Assembly: GCA_965248925.1 (NCBI GenBank)
Contig: CBDFLE010000005.1
Coordinates: forward strand, 1,184,001-1,248,000
Direction: 5' to 3'
Source: Candidatus Multivoradales bacterium
GTDB taxonomy: Bacteria; Acidobacteriota; Thermoanaerobaculia; Multivoradales; J023
Length of the DNA: 64,000 nt
Part shown: piece by piece, positions 27,802 through 40,593 of the stretch
Numbering within the stretch: the first letter of the stretch is position 1
How the letters are laid out: every line of letters starts with the position of its first letter
Made by a program: the position numbers and the translations under genes
The notes under the pieces: generated by a model
Databases searched by the model: none
Seen by the model: only the letters and a program-made list of their open reading frames with translations
Told to the model about the DNA's origin: nothing

Positions 27802-30402
27802 TTGAGCAGAAGAATGTTGATCAACGCGCAGCGCCCAGAGCAGCTGCGCCTAGCGATTGTCGAAGGCAAGATCCTCGAGGACTACCAAGTCGACATCAAA
27901 GAAGCTGGCCTGACCCGCGGCAACATCTATCGCGGAGTGGTTGCTAATATCCAACCCAGCCTGAACGCGGCCTTTATCGACCTGGGAGAGGAACGCCACG
28001 GCTTCCTGTCGGCTGATGACGTGCTACCGCACGCCTACCACCGCCAACCCCCCGAGGGTGCCCGACGCCCGCGGATCGATCAAATCCTGGAAAAACGCCG
28101 GCAAATCGAAGTTCAGGTCACCAAAGATGGTATCGGCCGCAAAGGGCCGGCCCTGACCACCAACTTGGCGATCGCCGGTCGCTACCTGGTGTTGATGCCC
28201 CACGACGAGGTGCGCGCCATCTCGCGCAAGGCTGAAGGCAGCGAAGCCCGCGACAAGGTGCGCGACCGGCTCGACAAGCTCAAACTGCCGGAAAATCACG
28301 GCGTCATAGTCCGCACCAACGGCTTGGAGCAAAACCAAACCACTCTGAACCGCGACCTCAGCGCCTTGTTGCGGTTGTGGCGGCGCATCGCCGAAGCGAG
28401 CCACCAGGCCAAGGGCGCCAAGCTGCTGTACTCCGACCAGGATCTGCTGATGCAGGCCCTGCGCGACTATCTGGATAGTTCGATGACCGAGGTGGTGGTC
28501 GACAACGACGAGGCTTACGCCAAAGCGGCCAACTATATGCGCGCTTTCATGCCGCGCTCCAAGACTCGGCTGCTGCGCTATCGCGAGCGGGTACCGCTGT
28601 TCAGCCGCTATCAGCTCGAAGAGCATATCGACCGGATCTATGAACGCCAGGTTCCCTTACCCTCTGGGGGTTCGATCGTCATCGACGGTACCGAGGCACT
28701 GACCGCCATCGATGTCAACTCCGGGCGAGCGACCAAGACCACTGACCATGAAGAGTCGATCTTCAACGTCAACATGGAGGCCGCCACCGAAATTGGCCGG
28801 CAACTACGCTTGCGCGATATCGGCGGCCTGGTGGTGATCGACTTCATCGACATGCGGCTGCGCAAGCACCAGCGCAAGCTCGAAAAAGAAATGCGCGACG
28901 CCATGAAGGCGGACAAGGCGCGCCATTCGGTAAGCCGGATCAGCGCCAACGGTCTGGTGGAGATCAATCGCCAGCGGATCAAGCAAGCGCTGCGCCAGCG
29001 CACCCACCGCGCCTGTCCGACCTGCTCTGGTGTCGGCTCGGTGCCGAGCGCAGGCTTCTCTGCCCAATCGGTTTTGCGCAGAATCGAAACCCGGGCAGCG
29101 TCCGGCATGGTGCAAGCTGTCACCGTCGCTCTGCACCCGGAGATCGCCGACGCCCTGCAGAACCGGTACCGGAATGATCTGGCCAGATTGGAAGTAGACT
29201 TCGAGATGCATGTCGAGGTTCTGGCGACCTCTACCTTCAGCCGCAGCGAAGAGAGGATCGACTGGACCGCCCGCGAGCGCAAAGTAGACCCCGCCGCCGC
29301 GACGCTGTCGGCCGACGACCTGCTGACCAGTGTCAAGAGTCGGCGGCGCGGCGGGCGCGGCCGCAAGCACGGCACCGACGACGCCGAGATCGAAGAACAG
29401 AGCGCCGAGCTAGAAGCCAGCGACAGCGACACCGAGAACGCCGCCAAGCCGGCTCGTAGACGCGGCCGACGACGCGGCCGCAAGCCGGCCGCGGAAAGCG
29501 CGACCGGTGAAACTCGGCAGAGTGCCAACACGGCCGGCGATGAGCCAGCCAAAGAGCCACAGGCGGCGAAGCGCGGCTCGCGGGGCAGACGCGGAGGCCG
29601 CGCAAAGGCTAGCGACAGCGATGCCCACCAAGTCAGCGGAGAGGCGCTGAATGATGCCGCCGATGCTGATTGCGATGCCGCGGCTGCGAGCAAGCCCAAA
29701 CGCCGCCGCGGCCGCCGCGGCGGACGCGGTCGGCGGAAAAAGACCGAGGACGCCCAGACCCCGGAAATCGCCACCGAGGGCAAAGCTGAACGAGCCGTTG
29801 GAAACATCCGCGATGAACCACCTACAGCAGATTCCAGCTGGTCATCCCCAACTCACGAAGCGCCCGCGGCTACGGGTGGCGCATTCATGTTCCGCGATTC
29901 CCCAGCGACCTCGCCAGTCGCTGAACAGGCGCCAGTCACTCGGCGGCCGCCGATCGCTGAGCAGCCGCCAGTCGATGAGCAGCCCAAACCAAAGAGAAAG
30001 CGCCCCGCGCCGCGGCGTCGGGCGACCTTGGCAGAACCTGCGAAAACGCCGGCACCAGAGACCCCAGGGTCGGCACCCGCTGGGCTCCGACCCACTCTAG
30101 CCGAACTCAGTGGCCGTCAAACCCAGACCCCGACGCCACCGGTGTCAACCGCACCGATGGCGGTCAAACCGGTCACAGCCAAACCGGTCACAGCCAAACC
30201 GGTCACGGCCAAACCGGTAGCGATCAAGTCGCCGTCAAAGCCAGCCAAGCTCCAATCGGTCCCCGACGCGGCTAGCGGTAGTGACGATCCGACAGCCGAC
30301 ACGCCAGAGAGCTCCCGTTCGTCGTGGCAGTGGTGGCGAGGTGGCGGGGATTCCGCCGGCAAAGGCGAGGTGAAGGCCGAGCCGCCATCTTCCGAAGAGT
30401 GA
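27802..30402 (+). CDS. rne: Ribonuclease E/G family with long disordered Arg-rich C-terminal tail
   Basis: GNIYRG.V..IQPSLNAAFID.G (S1), IDVNSG, RLRDIGGLVVIDFIDM, CPTCSG; RRRGRRRGR tail. Confidence 0.93.
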   Translation: MSRRMLINAQRPEQLRLAIVEGKILEDYQVDIKEAGLTRGNIYRGVVANIQPSLNAAFIDLGEERHGFLSADDVLPHAYHRQPPEGARRPRIDQILEKRRQIEVQVTKDGIGRKGPALTTNLAIAGRYLVLMPHDEVRAISRKAEGSEARDKVRDRLDKLKLPENHGVIVRTNGLEQNQTTLNRDLSALLRLWRRIAEASHQAKGAKLLYSDQDLLMQALRDYLDSSMTEVVVDNDEAYAKAANYMRAFMPRSKTRLLRYRERVPLFSRYQLEEHIDRIYERQVPLPSGGSIVIDGTEALTAIDVNSGRATKTTDHEESIFNVNMEAATEIGRQLRLRDIGGLVVIDFIDMRLRKHQRKLEKEMRDAMKADKARHSVSRISANGLVEINRQRIKQALRQRTHRACPTCSGVGSVPSAGFSAQSVLRRIETRAASGMVQAVTVALHPEIADALQNRYRNDLARLEVDFEMHVEVLATSTFSRSEERIDWTARERKVDPAAATLSADDLLTSVKSRRRGGRGRKHGTDDAEIEEQSAELEASDSDTENAAKPARRRGRRRGRKPAAESATGETRQSANTAGDEPAKEPQAAKRGSRGRRGGRAKASDSDAHQVSGEALNDAADADCDAAAASKPKRRRGRRGGRGRRKKTEDAQTPEIATEGKAERAVGNIRDEPPTADSSWSSPTHEAPAATGGAFMFRDSPATSPVAEQAPVTRRPPIAEQPPVDEQPKPKRKRPAPRRRATLAEPAKTPAPETPGSAPAGLRPTLAELSGRQTQTPTPPVSTAPMAVKPVTAKPVTAKPVTAKPVAIKSPSKPAKLQSVPDAASGSDDPTADTPESSRSSWQWWRGGGDSAGKGEVKAEPPSSEE
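30166..30222 (+). repeat. 15-bp tandem repeat encoding (KPVTA)3-KPVA in the RNase E tail
   Basis: aaaccggtcacagcc x2, aaaccggtcacggcc, aaaccggtagcg. Confidence 0.8.
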
Positions 30403-30455
30403 TTCTGACCTCCGCACCGTCCCGATCGGGTCCGAGGACCCAGGAGACCGCCGTG

Positions 30456-32135
<1,680 letters not shown>

Positions 32136-32175
32136 GCACACCTCGCGAAGTTCTACAGCCTTGGAGGTCTCGCCA

Positions 32176-33954
32176 ATGAAGACTTTCGCCGCCTGGTTGT
32201 TGGCCATCCTCGTTGCCGTGCCCGGCTTCGCCGAGCCCGATATCACCGCTACCCAAGCCGACCCGGCGACCCGCTTGCACCAGCTCTTCGTCCGTGAATG
32301 GAGTCTCCGCTTGGCGGCGGATCCTCTGCTGGCCACCGCCATCGGTGAGCACCAGCACGACGCCGAGCTGCCCCAGGTGGACGCTGCCGCCCGGCAGCGC
32401 ATGGCAGGTACTCAGCGAGACCTATTGCGCCAACTGAGCACTATCGACCGCCTTCGCCTATCGCCCGAAGACCGCATCAGCTACGACATGTTCCAGCGGG
32501 AACTTAGCGAGAGCATCGTCGAGGTTGAACTAGGCACCTACCAGATTCCATTCACCACCGACACCGGGTTTCACATCGCCTTCGCCCGCTTGCCGGCTGA
32601 GATGCCCCTCGATTCAGTCGTTAGCTACGACAACTACATCGCCCGCTTGCTGGCTTTCCCGACCTACGTCGATCAACACATTAGCAATATGCGAGCTGGC
32701 CTCGAACGGGGAATGAGCCAACCTCGAGTGGTGCTCGACGGCCTCGTCGGCACTTTCGCACCGCATCTGGTCGAGACTGCCGAGCAAAGTCTGTTCTACC
32801 GCCCGTTCAGCCACTTTCCCAACGCCGTACCGAGCCGCGAGCACCAACGTTTGGCCAGCGCTGGCCGGCGGGCGGTGATCGAGGGAGTGGTGGCCGGCTA
32901 CGCCCGGCTGCTGGAATTCTTCCGCGACGAGTATCTGCCCGGCGCGCGGCAGACCCTGGGCGCGAGCCAGCTACCCCAGGGCGCTGCACTCTACCGGCAC
33001 CAGATCCGCCACTACACCACCCTGGACTTGAGCCCAGAGGAGATTCACCGCATCGGCCGTGACGAAGTGGCGCGGATCCGCGGCGAGATGGATCAAGTGA
33101 TCGCCGGGGTTGGATTCCAAGGGAGTTTCGCGGAATTCCTGAGTTTTCTCCGCACCGACCCCCAGTTCTATGCCAAGACTCCAGAAGAGTTGATCAGGCG
33201 AGCGGCCTGGATCACTAAGCAGATGGACGGCCGACTGCCGGCACTGTTCAAAAAGCTGCCACGCCAACCCTACGGCGTGGCGCCGGTGCCCGACCACCTG
33301 GCACCGAACTACACCAGTGCTCGCTACATCGGCGCCGCCCCCAGCAGCAGGCAGGCGGGCTTCTACTGGGTCAACACCTACGCCCTTGAGAGCCGGCCTC
33401 TGTATGTCCTCGAAGCACTCAGTCTGCACGAGGCAGTACCCGGTCACCACCTACAGATCTCGCTCAACCAAGAGCTTGAGGATCTGCCGGCATTTCGCCG
33501 CTATTCATACCTGTCGGCCTTTGGCGAGGGGTGGGGCTTGTACGCTGAGTGGTTGGGCTTGGAAGCAGGCTTCTACACCGACAAGTACAGCAACTTCGGT
33601 CGACTGACCTACGAGATGTGGCGTGCTTGCCGGCTGGTGGTAGACACCGGCCTGCACGCCATGGGCTGGAGTCGTGAGCAAGCTCGCGACTACCTGGCCG
33701 CCAACACCGCCCTGTCGCTACATGAGGTCGGCACCGAGATTGACCGCTACATTTCCTGGCCCGCTCAGGCCCTGTCCTACAAGCTGGGGGAACTGGAGAT
33801 TCGCCGGCTGCGCCGCCGCGCCGAAAACGAACTCGGCACCGCTTTTGACGTGCGCGACTTCCACGATGTGGTGTTGCGCAACGGCTCGGTACCGCTGAAC
33901 GTTCTCGGCCAGCAGGTCGAGGCCTATATTGAGGCGCTCAAGGCCGGCTTGTGA
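32176..33954 (+). CDS. DUF885 family secreted protein (putative metallopeptidase)
   Basis: Signal peptide; [43 protein letters not shown]. Confidence 0.93.
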   Translation: MKTFAAWLLAILVAVPGFAEPDITATQADPATRLHQLFVREWSLRLAADPLLATAIGEHQHDAELPQVDAAARQRMAGTQRDLLRQLSTIDRLRLSPEDRISYDMFQRELSESIVEVELGTYQIPFTTDTGFHIAFARLPAEMPLDSVVSYDNYIARLLAFPTYVDQHISNMRAGLERGMSQPRVVLDGLVGTFAPHLVETAEQSLFYRPFSHFPNAVPSREHQRLASAGRRAVIEGVVAGYARLLEFFRDEYLPGARQTLGASQLPQGAALYRHQIRHYTTLDLSPEEIHRIGRDEVARIRGEMDQVIAGVGFQGSFAEFLSFLRTDPQFYAKTPEELIRRAAWITKQMDGRLPALFKKLPRQPYGVAPVPDHLAPNYTSARYIGAAPSSRQAGFYWVNTYALESRPLYVLEALSLHEAVPGHHLQISLNQELEDLPAFRRYSYLSAFGEGWGLYAEWLGLEAGFYTDKYSNFGRLTYEMWRACRLVVDTGLHAMGWSREQARDYLAANTALSLHEVGTEIDRYISWPAQALSYKLGELEIRRLRRRAENELGTAFDVRDFHDVVLRNGSVPLNVLGQQVEAYIEALKAGL

Positions 33955-35270
33955 ACCAACATCTCGCCGGTGGTCACGGTCCACAGGGTGGTGTCGCCAG
34001 ACTCGAAACCATCGTCGAAGATCAGGCCAACGTCACAATCGCTATCACTCTCAAAACGGAAAATGCTGCCTCCCTGAGAGAGGTAGACCTCACCCTCCTC
34101 ATCCTCGCCATAGCCAAAGACGCTGCCGCTGAGGTTGTCCCATTCGGCGAAGCTCCAGTTACCCGGCGTATTCTCGGTACCGAACCACACTCTGGCGGAA
34201 CAGAAGTCCGAGAAGACGTAGAGACCTTGCAGCCCCTGGATGCAGCCGCGGTAGCGATAGCCACCGGTGATCGAGCAATTGCCCGAGACGTGACCATAGG
34301 TCATTTTCGGCTCGACGAAGGTGCCGCCGCAGCCTCCCGGGCCAGCGATGTCGCCTTCGCGGCAGTTCCAGCCATAGTTCAGTCCGCCCGCACTGCCGGC
34401 AGCCTCGAAGGAGACCTCCTCCACCGTGCCCGCGCCAACGTCGGCGATCAGCATATCGCCGGTGCTGCGATCGAAGCTCCAGCGGTAGGGATTGCGAAAG
34501 CCTATTCCCCAGATCTCGTCGAGAGTCCCACCAACTCCGACAAACGGGTTGTCCGCCGGAATGGTGTATGCCGGCGTGCAAGTCGGCGTGGCGCAAGGAT
34601 CAATGCGCAGCATCTTGCCCAGCAAGAGGTTGGTATTCTGGGCGGTAGCGCTCGAGGCGCCACCGTCACCCATACCGATGTAGAGATACCCGTCAGGACC
34701 GAAATTCAAATCGCCGCCATTGTGATTGCCGGCCGGCTGACCGATGGTTAGGATCTCGACCCGCGAGGTCTCGTCGGCGTCGTCGGGGTCGCCGGCCGAG
34801 ACCGTGAAGCGCTCGATCACCGTAGTCAATGAGTCGCCACCGACGCCGGTGCGGGTGTAGTTGACGTAGAAGTAGCCGTTGCTGGCGTAGTCGGGGTGGA
34901 AGGCCAAGCCGAGCAAGCCCCCCTCGAAGAAGGTATCGACACTGGCGGTGATGTTGAGAAAAGGCGTGCCGGCCAACCCCGTAGCTTCTTCCCAGATCAA
35001 GATGGTGCCATTGCGCTCGACCAGGAACAAGCGGCCGGAACCATCACCAGCAGGGCGTATGGCTAGGACGGTGGTCACCGCGGCACCGATCGGAGCGAGC
35101 TGCAGATCCGCCGGGATTTGGCCACTGACCGGCGTCGCCAGCAGACCTAGCACGATCAAGGCGACCAGCAGCATGCCAGCTAGCGCATGCTTCAATTGCC
35201 AATTAGACATTTGCGGCAAGGTGTATTCAGAAGACCGGAAAGGGCTTTCAGTTTGAATCGAACGAGCCAT
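33924..35270 (-). CDS. PQQ-dependent sugar (glucose/sorbosone) dehydrogenase family secreted protein with C-terminal FDDGFESG motif
   Basis: EGGLLGLAFHP, NHNGG..FGPDGYLYIGMGDGG, GKMLRID, GFRNP..SFD, DVG..EE, NYGW. Confidence 0.92.
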   Translation of the reverse strand: MARSIQTESPFRSSEYTLPQMSNWQLKHALAGMLLVALIVLGLLATPVSGQIPADLQLAPIGAAVTTVLAIRPAGDGSGRLFLVERNGTILIWEEATGLAGTPFLNITASVDTFFEGGLLGLAFHPDYASNGYFYVNYTRTGVGGDSLTTVIERFTVSAGDPDDADETSRVEILTIGQPAGNHNGGDLNFGPDGYLYIGMGDGGASSATAQNTNLLLGKMLRIDPCATPTCTPAYTIPADNPFVGVGGTLDEIWGIGFRNPYRWSFDRSTGDMLIADVGAGTVEEVSFEAAGSAGGLNYGWNCREGDIAGPGGCGGTFVEPKMTYGHVSGNCSITGGYRYRGCIQGLQGLYVFSDFCSARVWFGTENTPGNWSFAEWDNLSGSVFGYGEDEEGEVYLSQGGSIFRFESDSDCDVGLIFDDGFESGDTTLWTVTTGEMLVHKPALSASI

Positions 35271-35518
35271 TTTCTCTCCTGTGGAAGGCTTCAATCTCTC
35301 GCAACGGCGTGCTTGTGGCAAGCAGATGGCCCGGAATCCAGCAAGGCGGACCCAGGCAACATCCCTAACTTCCTCGCCAGAAGTCTGTCATGCCGAGCGG
35401 CGACGCTCAAGATCTAGCACCATCAAGTCCCGTACCTCCCCTGCCCGCAGCCTGGTATCTTTCCGCTTCGGCTTTCCATCGCCTCTCGGCCCCCTGCATG
35501 CCGCATAGGAGTTCTCTG

Positions 35519-38500
35519 ATGTCGCGAGTTACCTGCGTCGCCCTTCTGCTCTGCATCCTTCTGCTGCTCGCGCCTGCCGTTCCAGTCCTGGCCAGCGAGG
35601 GCTGGCCCCAGCTGCGCGGTCCGCATCATGACGGCAAAGGGGCCGGCGCGGGACTCGACAACCACCAGCGAATTGGTTTAGAGCGAGTCTGGAAGAAACC
35701 CCTCGGCTCAGGCTTCTCCGCCGTCGTCGCGGTCGATGGCAAGGCGCTGACCATGTTTAGCGAAGGCGACGACGACGTGCTGGCAGCCTTTGATGCCACC
35801 TCGGGTCAAGAACTGTGGCGCTACCGCGTGGGCGACCGCTATGTGGCCTACGGCAACTCGTCCGATGGTCCGTTGTCGACGCCGGTGATCGATGGCGACC
35901 GAGTCTACGGCCTGAGCCCCTGGGGCAAGATCTTCGCCGTCGCGCTAGCTGATGGCAAGGAGCTTTGGGCGCGCTTGCCGCAGCAGCCGGCCGAGGCACG
36001 GCGACCGGTGTTCGGCTTTTCCACCTCACCGGTGCTGGCTGGCGGCGTGTTGGTGGTGCAAACCGGCGGCGAGGCCGAGCGCTCGATCACCGCCCTCGAT
36101 CCGGCCACCGGCAAGCTGCGTTGGGCCTTGGGTGACGACTCGGTGCAGTACCAATCGCCGCTGCCCTTCGAGCTGGAGGGGCGCGAGATTCTACTGGCCT
36201 TGAGTGATCACCGCCTGCTCGGCCTGGACCCCGAAACCGGCATCACTCTGTGGGCCCATGAGCATGGTCTCGAGGGCCGCGCCGCGGTGCCAACCAAGAT
36301 CGGCAACCGCCGCCTGCTGCTCAATGGCAACAACGAGCTGCTGGCCCTGGACGTAGTCGGCTCCGCGGGCGGCCCCTACACCCTGAAAGAAGCTTGGCGC
36401 AGCCGCGAGTTGACCCGCAGCTTGGCCCTGCCGGTGCTCGACGACGGCGTGCTCTATGGCTTCACTGGCCGCTTCCTCACCGCCATCGACGCGGCCACTG
36501 GCGAGCGCCTGTGGAAATCGCGCCCCCCCGGCGGGCGTAGCTTGATCTTGGTCGATCACCATCTGGTGACTCTCGACCCACAGGGCGAACTGGTGATCGG
36601 CGCTGTGAGTCGCGATGGCTTCCACGAGCGCGCCCGAGCTAGTGCTTTGGCCGGCCGTTCCTTCACCGCTCCGACCTACGCCGACGGTTTGTTCTTCGTC
36701 CGCGACCTGGAGGGGATGGCGGCATTGCGGATCAGTGATGCCAACTCCACCGGCAGCGAGCCGTTGGTCACCGGCGAACTGGCCAATCTGCTCAGCCGAT
36801 TCCCCAGAGAGAGCCGCCAAGCGGCGATCGACAGCTATCTCGATGGCCGCGCCGTGCCGCTGATCGATGAGGACGGCTGGGTGCATTTCGTTTACCGGGG
36901 CGAGCACCAGGACGTGGCCTTGGCCGGCCAAGGGCTGATCAGCGGCGAAACCGAAGTAGCCATGCAGCAAGTCCCGGAAAGCAATCTCTGGGCGCGCAGT
37001 CTTCGACTTGATTCCAGCACCCGCCGACGCTACCAATTCGTCGTCGACTACGAGCAACGCCTAGCCGATCCAGGAAATCCCAACTACCTCACCCACGGCG
37101 AGGTAAGGCTCTCTGAGCTGCGCCTTCCGCATTGGTTGGCCCCCGAGCACCAGGGGCGGTGGGATGGCGCCAGTGGTCGCTTAGAAGAGATGTTGATCGA
37201 CACTTCCGTCTATGCAGAATCGCAGTCGGTGCAGGTCTACTTGCCGGCCGGCTACGATGAGGCGGCCAATAGCGGCGACTATCCGCTGCTGATCGTGACT
37301 CAGGGCGGACGAGTGCAGAGCAACCTCGAGCTACCCGCGGCACTCGACTTGTTAATCGGCCGCCAGCGTGTCGAGCCGTTGATCGCCGTGCTGATCAAGC
37401 CCGCCCAGCGTAGCGGCTACCGAGAAGGGGCCGAAGAGCACTTGCAATTCCTCACCGAAGACTTGCTACCCAGCCTCGAAGAGCGCTGGCGCCTGCGCAC
37501 CGCTCCCTGGCAACGCGGCTTGATCGGTACCGCCGATGGCGGCTATGCCGCCCTGCACGCGGTGCTCAATGCCCCCGAGACCTTTGGCCGCGCAGCAGCC
37601 CAGAGCTTCTACGCCGGCGCCGACAAGATCACCGCCCTCGGCGCACTCGCCAGTGGCCTCATGACTCGGAGCCAAGGCTCGACAACAAATAGCGAGGACA
37701 AGAGCAAGAAAGAGGCCAGGGCCGAGGAGGAGGGCGAAGACAATGCAGCGCCGTCACCACACCGCTTCTACCTCGATTGGACCCGCTTCGAGAGCCACAG
37801 CCGTGCGCTGGCGATGGCTACCGCGCTGAACGATGCCGGGCTCGACTATCTCGGTGGCGAAGTCGAAGGTACCAGCGAGGAGTTCAGCTGGGCCGAGCGC
37901 CTCGACCGCCCCCTCGAGACCCTCTTCCCCGCCGCCATACGACGTACCGCCCCAGGTCTCAACGACAGCTGGGAAAGCAGCGAAACCAAACCCCTGGTGG
38001 AGCGCTTGGAGCGCGAAGGACGCGAGATCTTCGCTCACCGAGAGCTGCTGGCAGCGGTGGTTGGAGCAAGGCCAGGCATGGTGATCGCTGACGTCGGCGC
38101 CGGCTCGGGTTTCATGGCTCTGGAATTCGCCAAGCTGGTCGGTGACGAAGGTCGGGTCGTCGCCGTCGACATAAATCCAGTAATGATGGAGGAACTTGCC
38201 GCGAAGGCTGGCGCTGCCGGGGTCGAGAATCTACAGACCCGAGTCTGCCGGCAAGACTCGGTCGATCTCGAACCCGCCTCGGTCGATCTCGTCTTCCTCG
38301 CCGACACCTACCACCACTTCGAATACCCAACTCTCACGCTGGCCTCGATACGCCGTGCCCTGCGCCCCGGCGGGCAAGTGGTGTTGGTCGATTTTGAGCG
38401 CCTTCCAGGCGAGTCTCCGGAGTGGATCCTGAATCATGTTCGCGCCGGCAAGAAACAGGTCACCAGCGAGCTGCGAAGTGCCGGCTTCGAACTCTTGGCC

Positions 38501-38557
38501 GAGCATCCCCTGCCACAGCTAAAAAACAACTATGTGCTGCGCTTCCAACGACGCTGA
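35519..38557 (+). CDS. Fusion: PQQ/BamB-like beta-propeller + Fes/enterochelin-esterase-like alpha/beta domain + class I SAM methyltransferase
   Basis: Signal peptide, WPQLRG, repeated D..TG..LW; VYLPAGYD..YPLL; ADVGAGSG, DTYHHFEYP, LRPGG. Confidence 0.85.
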   Translation: MSRVTCVALLLCILLLLAPAVPVLASEGWPQLRGPHHDGKGAGAGLDNHQRIGLERVWKKPLGSGFSAVVAVDGKALTMFSEGDDDVLAAFDATSGQELWRYRVGDRYVAYGNSSDGPLSTPVIDGDRVYGLSPWGKIFAVALADGKELWARLPQQPAEARRPVFGFSTSPVLAGGVLVVQTGGEAERSITALDPATGKLRWALGDDSVQYQSPLPFELEGREILLALSDHRLLGLDPETGITLWAHEHGLEGRAAVPTKIGNRRLLLNGNNELLALDVVGSAGGPYTLKEAWRSRELTRSLALPVLDDGVLYGFTGRFLTAIDAATGERLWKSRPPGGRSLILVDHHLVTLDPQGELVIGAVSRDGFHERARASALAGRSFTAPTYADGLFFVRDLEGMAALRISDANSTGSEPLVTGELANLLSRFPRESRQAAIDSYLDGRAVPLIDEDGWVHFVYRGEHQDVALAGQGLISGETEVAMQQVPESNLWARSLRLDSSTRRRYQFVVDYEQRLADPGNPNYLTHGEVRLSELRLPHWLAPEHQGRWDGASGRLEEMLIDTSVYAESQSVQVYLPAGYDEAANSGDYPLLIVTQGGRVQSNLELPAALDLLIGRQRVEPLIAVLIKPAQRSGYREGAEEHLQFLTEDLLPSLEERWRLRTAPWQRGLIGTADGGYAALHAVLNAPETFGRAAAQSFYAGADKITALGALASGLMTRSQGSTTNSEDKSKKEARAEEEGEDNAAPSPHRFYLDWTRFESHSRALAMATALNDAGLDYLGGEVEGTSEEFSWAERLDRPLETLFPAAIRRTAPGLNDSWESSETKPLVERLEREGREIFAHRELLAAVVGARPGMVIADVGAGSGFMALEFAKLVGDEGRVVAVDINPVMMEELAAKAGAAGVENLQTRVCRQDSVDLEPASVDLVFLADTYHHFEYPTLTLASIRRALRPGGQVVLVDFERLPGESPEWILNHVRAGKKQVTSELRSAGFELLAEHPLPQLKNNYVLRFQRR

Positions 38558-39222
38558 ACCAAAGGGGAACTAGAAACGCCACCAGCCGCGGAGAGCAACT
38601 CCCGCCAACCAGACCAAGCAACTGACGGTGAGCGAGGTGAGAGAGAGATCGAGCAACGACCCGCGGTCGGTCAGCAGGCCCCCTACAGCTGTTGCAACTG
38701 CAAAAATACCGCCAGCTCCAGAGACCGCAAAACAGCTCTTGACCACTTCTTCTCTCTGCATTACCAACCCCCTTCCCGAACCGTGACAGTTGCGCAATCT
38801 GAAGCCCTCCCCAATAGCTCCAAGACCGCAAATCCAAGACCACAGCCCAGGCCGGAACGCCGACCTGGGTACTGCGGTGAAAACCTACTCCACGACCCAC
38901 CCGCTTCGCCGGCAATGACAGACCGTGGGACCAGCCCAGAACACTAAAACCAAGTCTCTAGAGGGTCCACACCCCGTTGAGAGAGGGGACCCACTTCCAC
39001 GCTCCGCCCCAAAAAGGCCGAAAACAAGCTAGCGCCGCTCGACTTCCAACCGCCAACTCCCCACCCACACTCACCCTGGCGTTTGCTATCGACCGGTCGG
39101 TGACCCACTAACTGAGAGCTAAGACTCGGAAAACTGCACCTACCCTAGTCCTTGCCGGGCAGATTGCCTAGTGGCAAATTTCTGACGGTTCTCGTCAGGC
39201 AGTTCTTACTCCCAAACACTCC

Positions 39223-39462
39223 CTACAGCGGCTCGGCAATGCCCTCGAGGCGTTCGACGACAGCGTCCAACTCAGCCTCAATGCGACCCAAGAAAGTGTC
39301 GCAGAAAACTGTGCGATGGGTGCGACAAGTCGAGGCGCGGATCGATCCACGCGAACTCCCGCCAACTACCGAGCCAGGGCAGGAGAGTAGCCCACAGCGA
39401 CCCTCTAGTGGCCACCTCCGCCGCTGCCGGTCGAACTCCAGAATGACGGCTTCGAGGTTCAC
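39223..39462 (-). CDS. Small hypothetical protein (possibly degraded)
   Basis: 79-aa ORF with helical ends (NLEAVILEFDRQ; RIEAELDAVVERLEGI); no recognised family. Confidence 0.3.
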   Translation of the reverse strand: MNLEAVILEFDRQRRRWPLEGRCGLLSCPGSVVGGSSRGSIRASTCRTHRTVFCDTFLGRIEAELDAVVERLEGIAEPL

Positions 39463-39775
39463 CCTTCATTGTTTTCTCAGCTTACCGCGTCCAAATCCTC
39501 TGCGCAGCCGACAAAAAATCGGGCTGCGAAATAAGTTGTGGCAGAATCGCACTTGGGTGGTAGATCTTCAACCATCACCACCCTACCAGCCTGCCACCCC
39601 CTTTGACTGAACGCTTTCTTTAGTGTAGCGTGCCGCCGCTTCTTGAGCAGACAGAGCCTAGTGCTCTACCGGCAGTGACCTTGCCTTGGGGAGGCTTCGC
39701 CAGCAACAGTTCTTGCTGGATGTTGTCCGGCCCCTCAGGTAGTAGAAGATACGCATTGACCTTTGGCAGAATGAG

Positions 39776-40435
39776 TTGACGACCAAATTCCAAGAGAGTG
39801 CTGTGATCCGCCTACTGATTATCGATGATCACGCGATCGTCCGAAAAGGTATCTGCAGTCTGCTGGCCGACTTCCCCGACCTCGAGGTGGTCGGCGAGGC
39901 GCAGGACGGCAAGGAAGGCTTGGCACAAGCCCGCGAGCTGCAACCGGACGTGATTATTCTAGACATCTCCTTGCCCGATCGCAGCGGCTTGGAGGTGCTG
40001 AGTGAGCTGCGCCAGGAGCTAGCCGATATCGCGGTACTGATCCTCAGCATGCACGCCGAAGGCCAGTACGCGGTGCCCTTACTGCGGGCCGGCGCCGCCG
40101 GCTACGTACCCAAGCGTGGACCCACCGAAGATCTAGTGCGTGCCATTCGCAAAGTCGCCAGCGGTGGCAAATTCGTCAGCCCCGAGCTGGCTGAGCGCCT
40201 GGCATTCGACATTGATCCTAACGCCACCGAGTTGCCCCACAAGAAACTTTCGCGACGCGAGCTGCAAGTCTTGCTGCAAATGGCGGACGGCACCAGCTTG
40301 ACCGAAATTGGCATATCTCTCGGTATTAGCGTCAAGACCGTCAGCACCTATCGTCGGCGAATACTCGAAAAAATGGGGATGCGCTCGACTGCCGAAATGT
40401 TGCGTTACGCCTTCGCGCATAAGCTCTCGACTTGA
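39776..40435 (+). CDS. NarL/UvrY-family response regulator (REC + LuxR HTH), orphan
   Basis: IIDDHAIVRKG, LDISLP, LSMH, GYVPK, LSRRELQVL..ISVKTVSTYRRRI; start may be the GTG at 39803. Confidence 0.95.
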   Translation: MTTKFQESAVIRLLIIDDHAIVRKGICSLLADFPDLEVVGEAQDGKEGLAQARELQPDVIILDISLPDRSGLEVLSELRQELADIAVLILSMHAEGQYAVPLLRAGAAGYVPKRGPTEDLVRAIRKVASGGKFVSPELAERLAFDIDPNATELPHKKLSRRELQVLLQMADGTSLTEIGISLGISVKTVSTYRRRILEKMGMRSTAEMLRYAFAHKLST

Positions 40436-40593
40436 CCGATTCCATTCGGCAGAACTAAAAGTAGGATTTATTCTACATCATTGTCAGAGTCGACCGCTGG
40501 CAGGCCCTTCCCTGATCTGGACAACATCTCCTCCCAGAATTAGTTTCTAAAACACCAGGATCCCTTGGCAGCGGCGCAACCCTTGGTACACTA

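Noticed and set aside
26403-27947. 514-aa alternative-frame ORF
   Set aside because: Overlaps the Nramp gene in another frame; Arg/Pro/Gly-rich nonsense composition.
28638-29807. 389-aa minus-strand ORF
   Set aside because: Antisense to RNase E.
39580-39600. ccctaccagcctgccacccc resembles the reverse complement of 50797-50818
   Set aside because: Short, low-complexity and gapped; chance similarity cannot be excluded.
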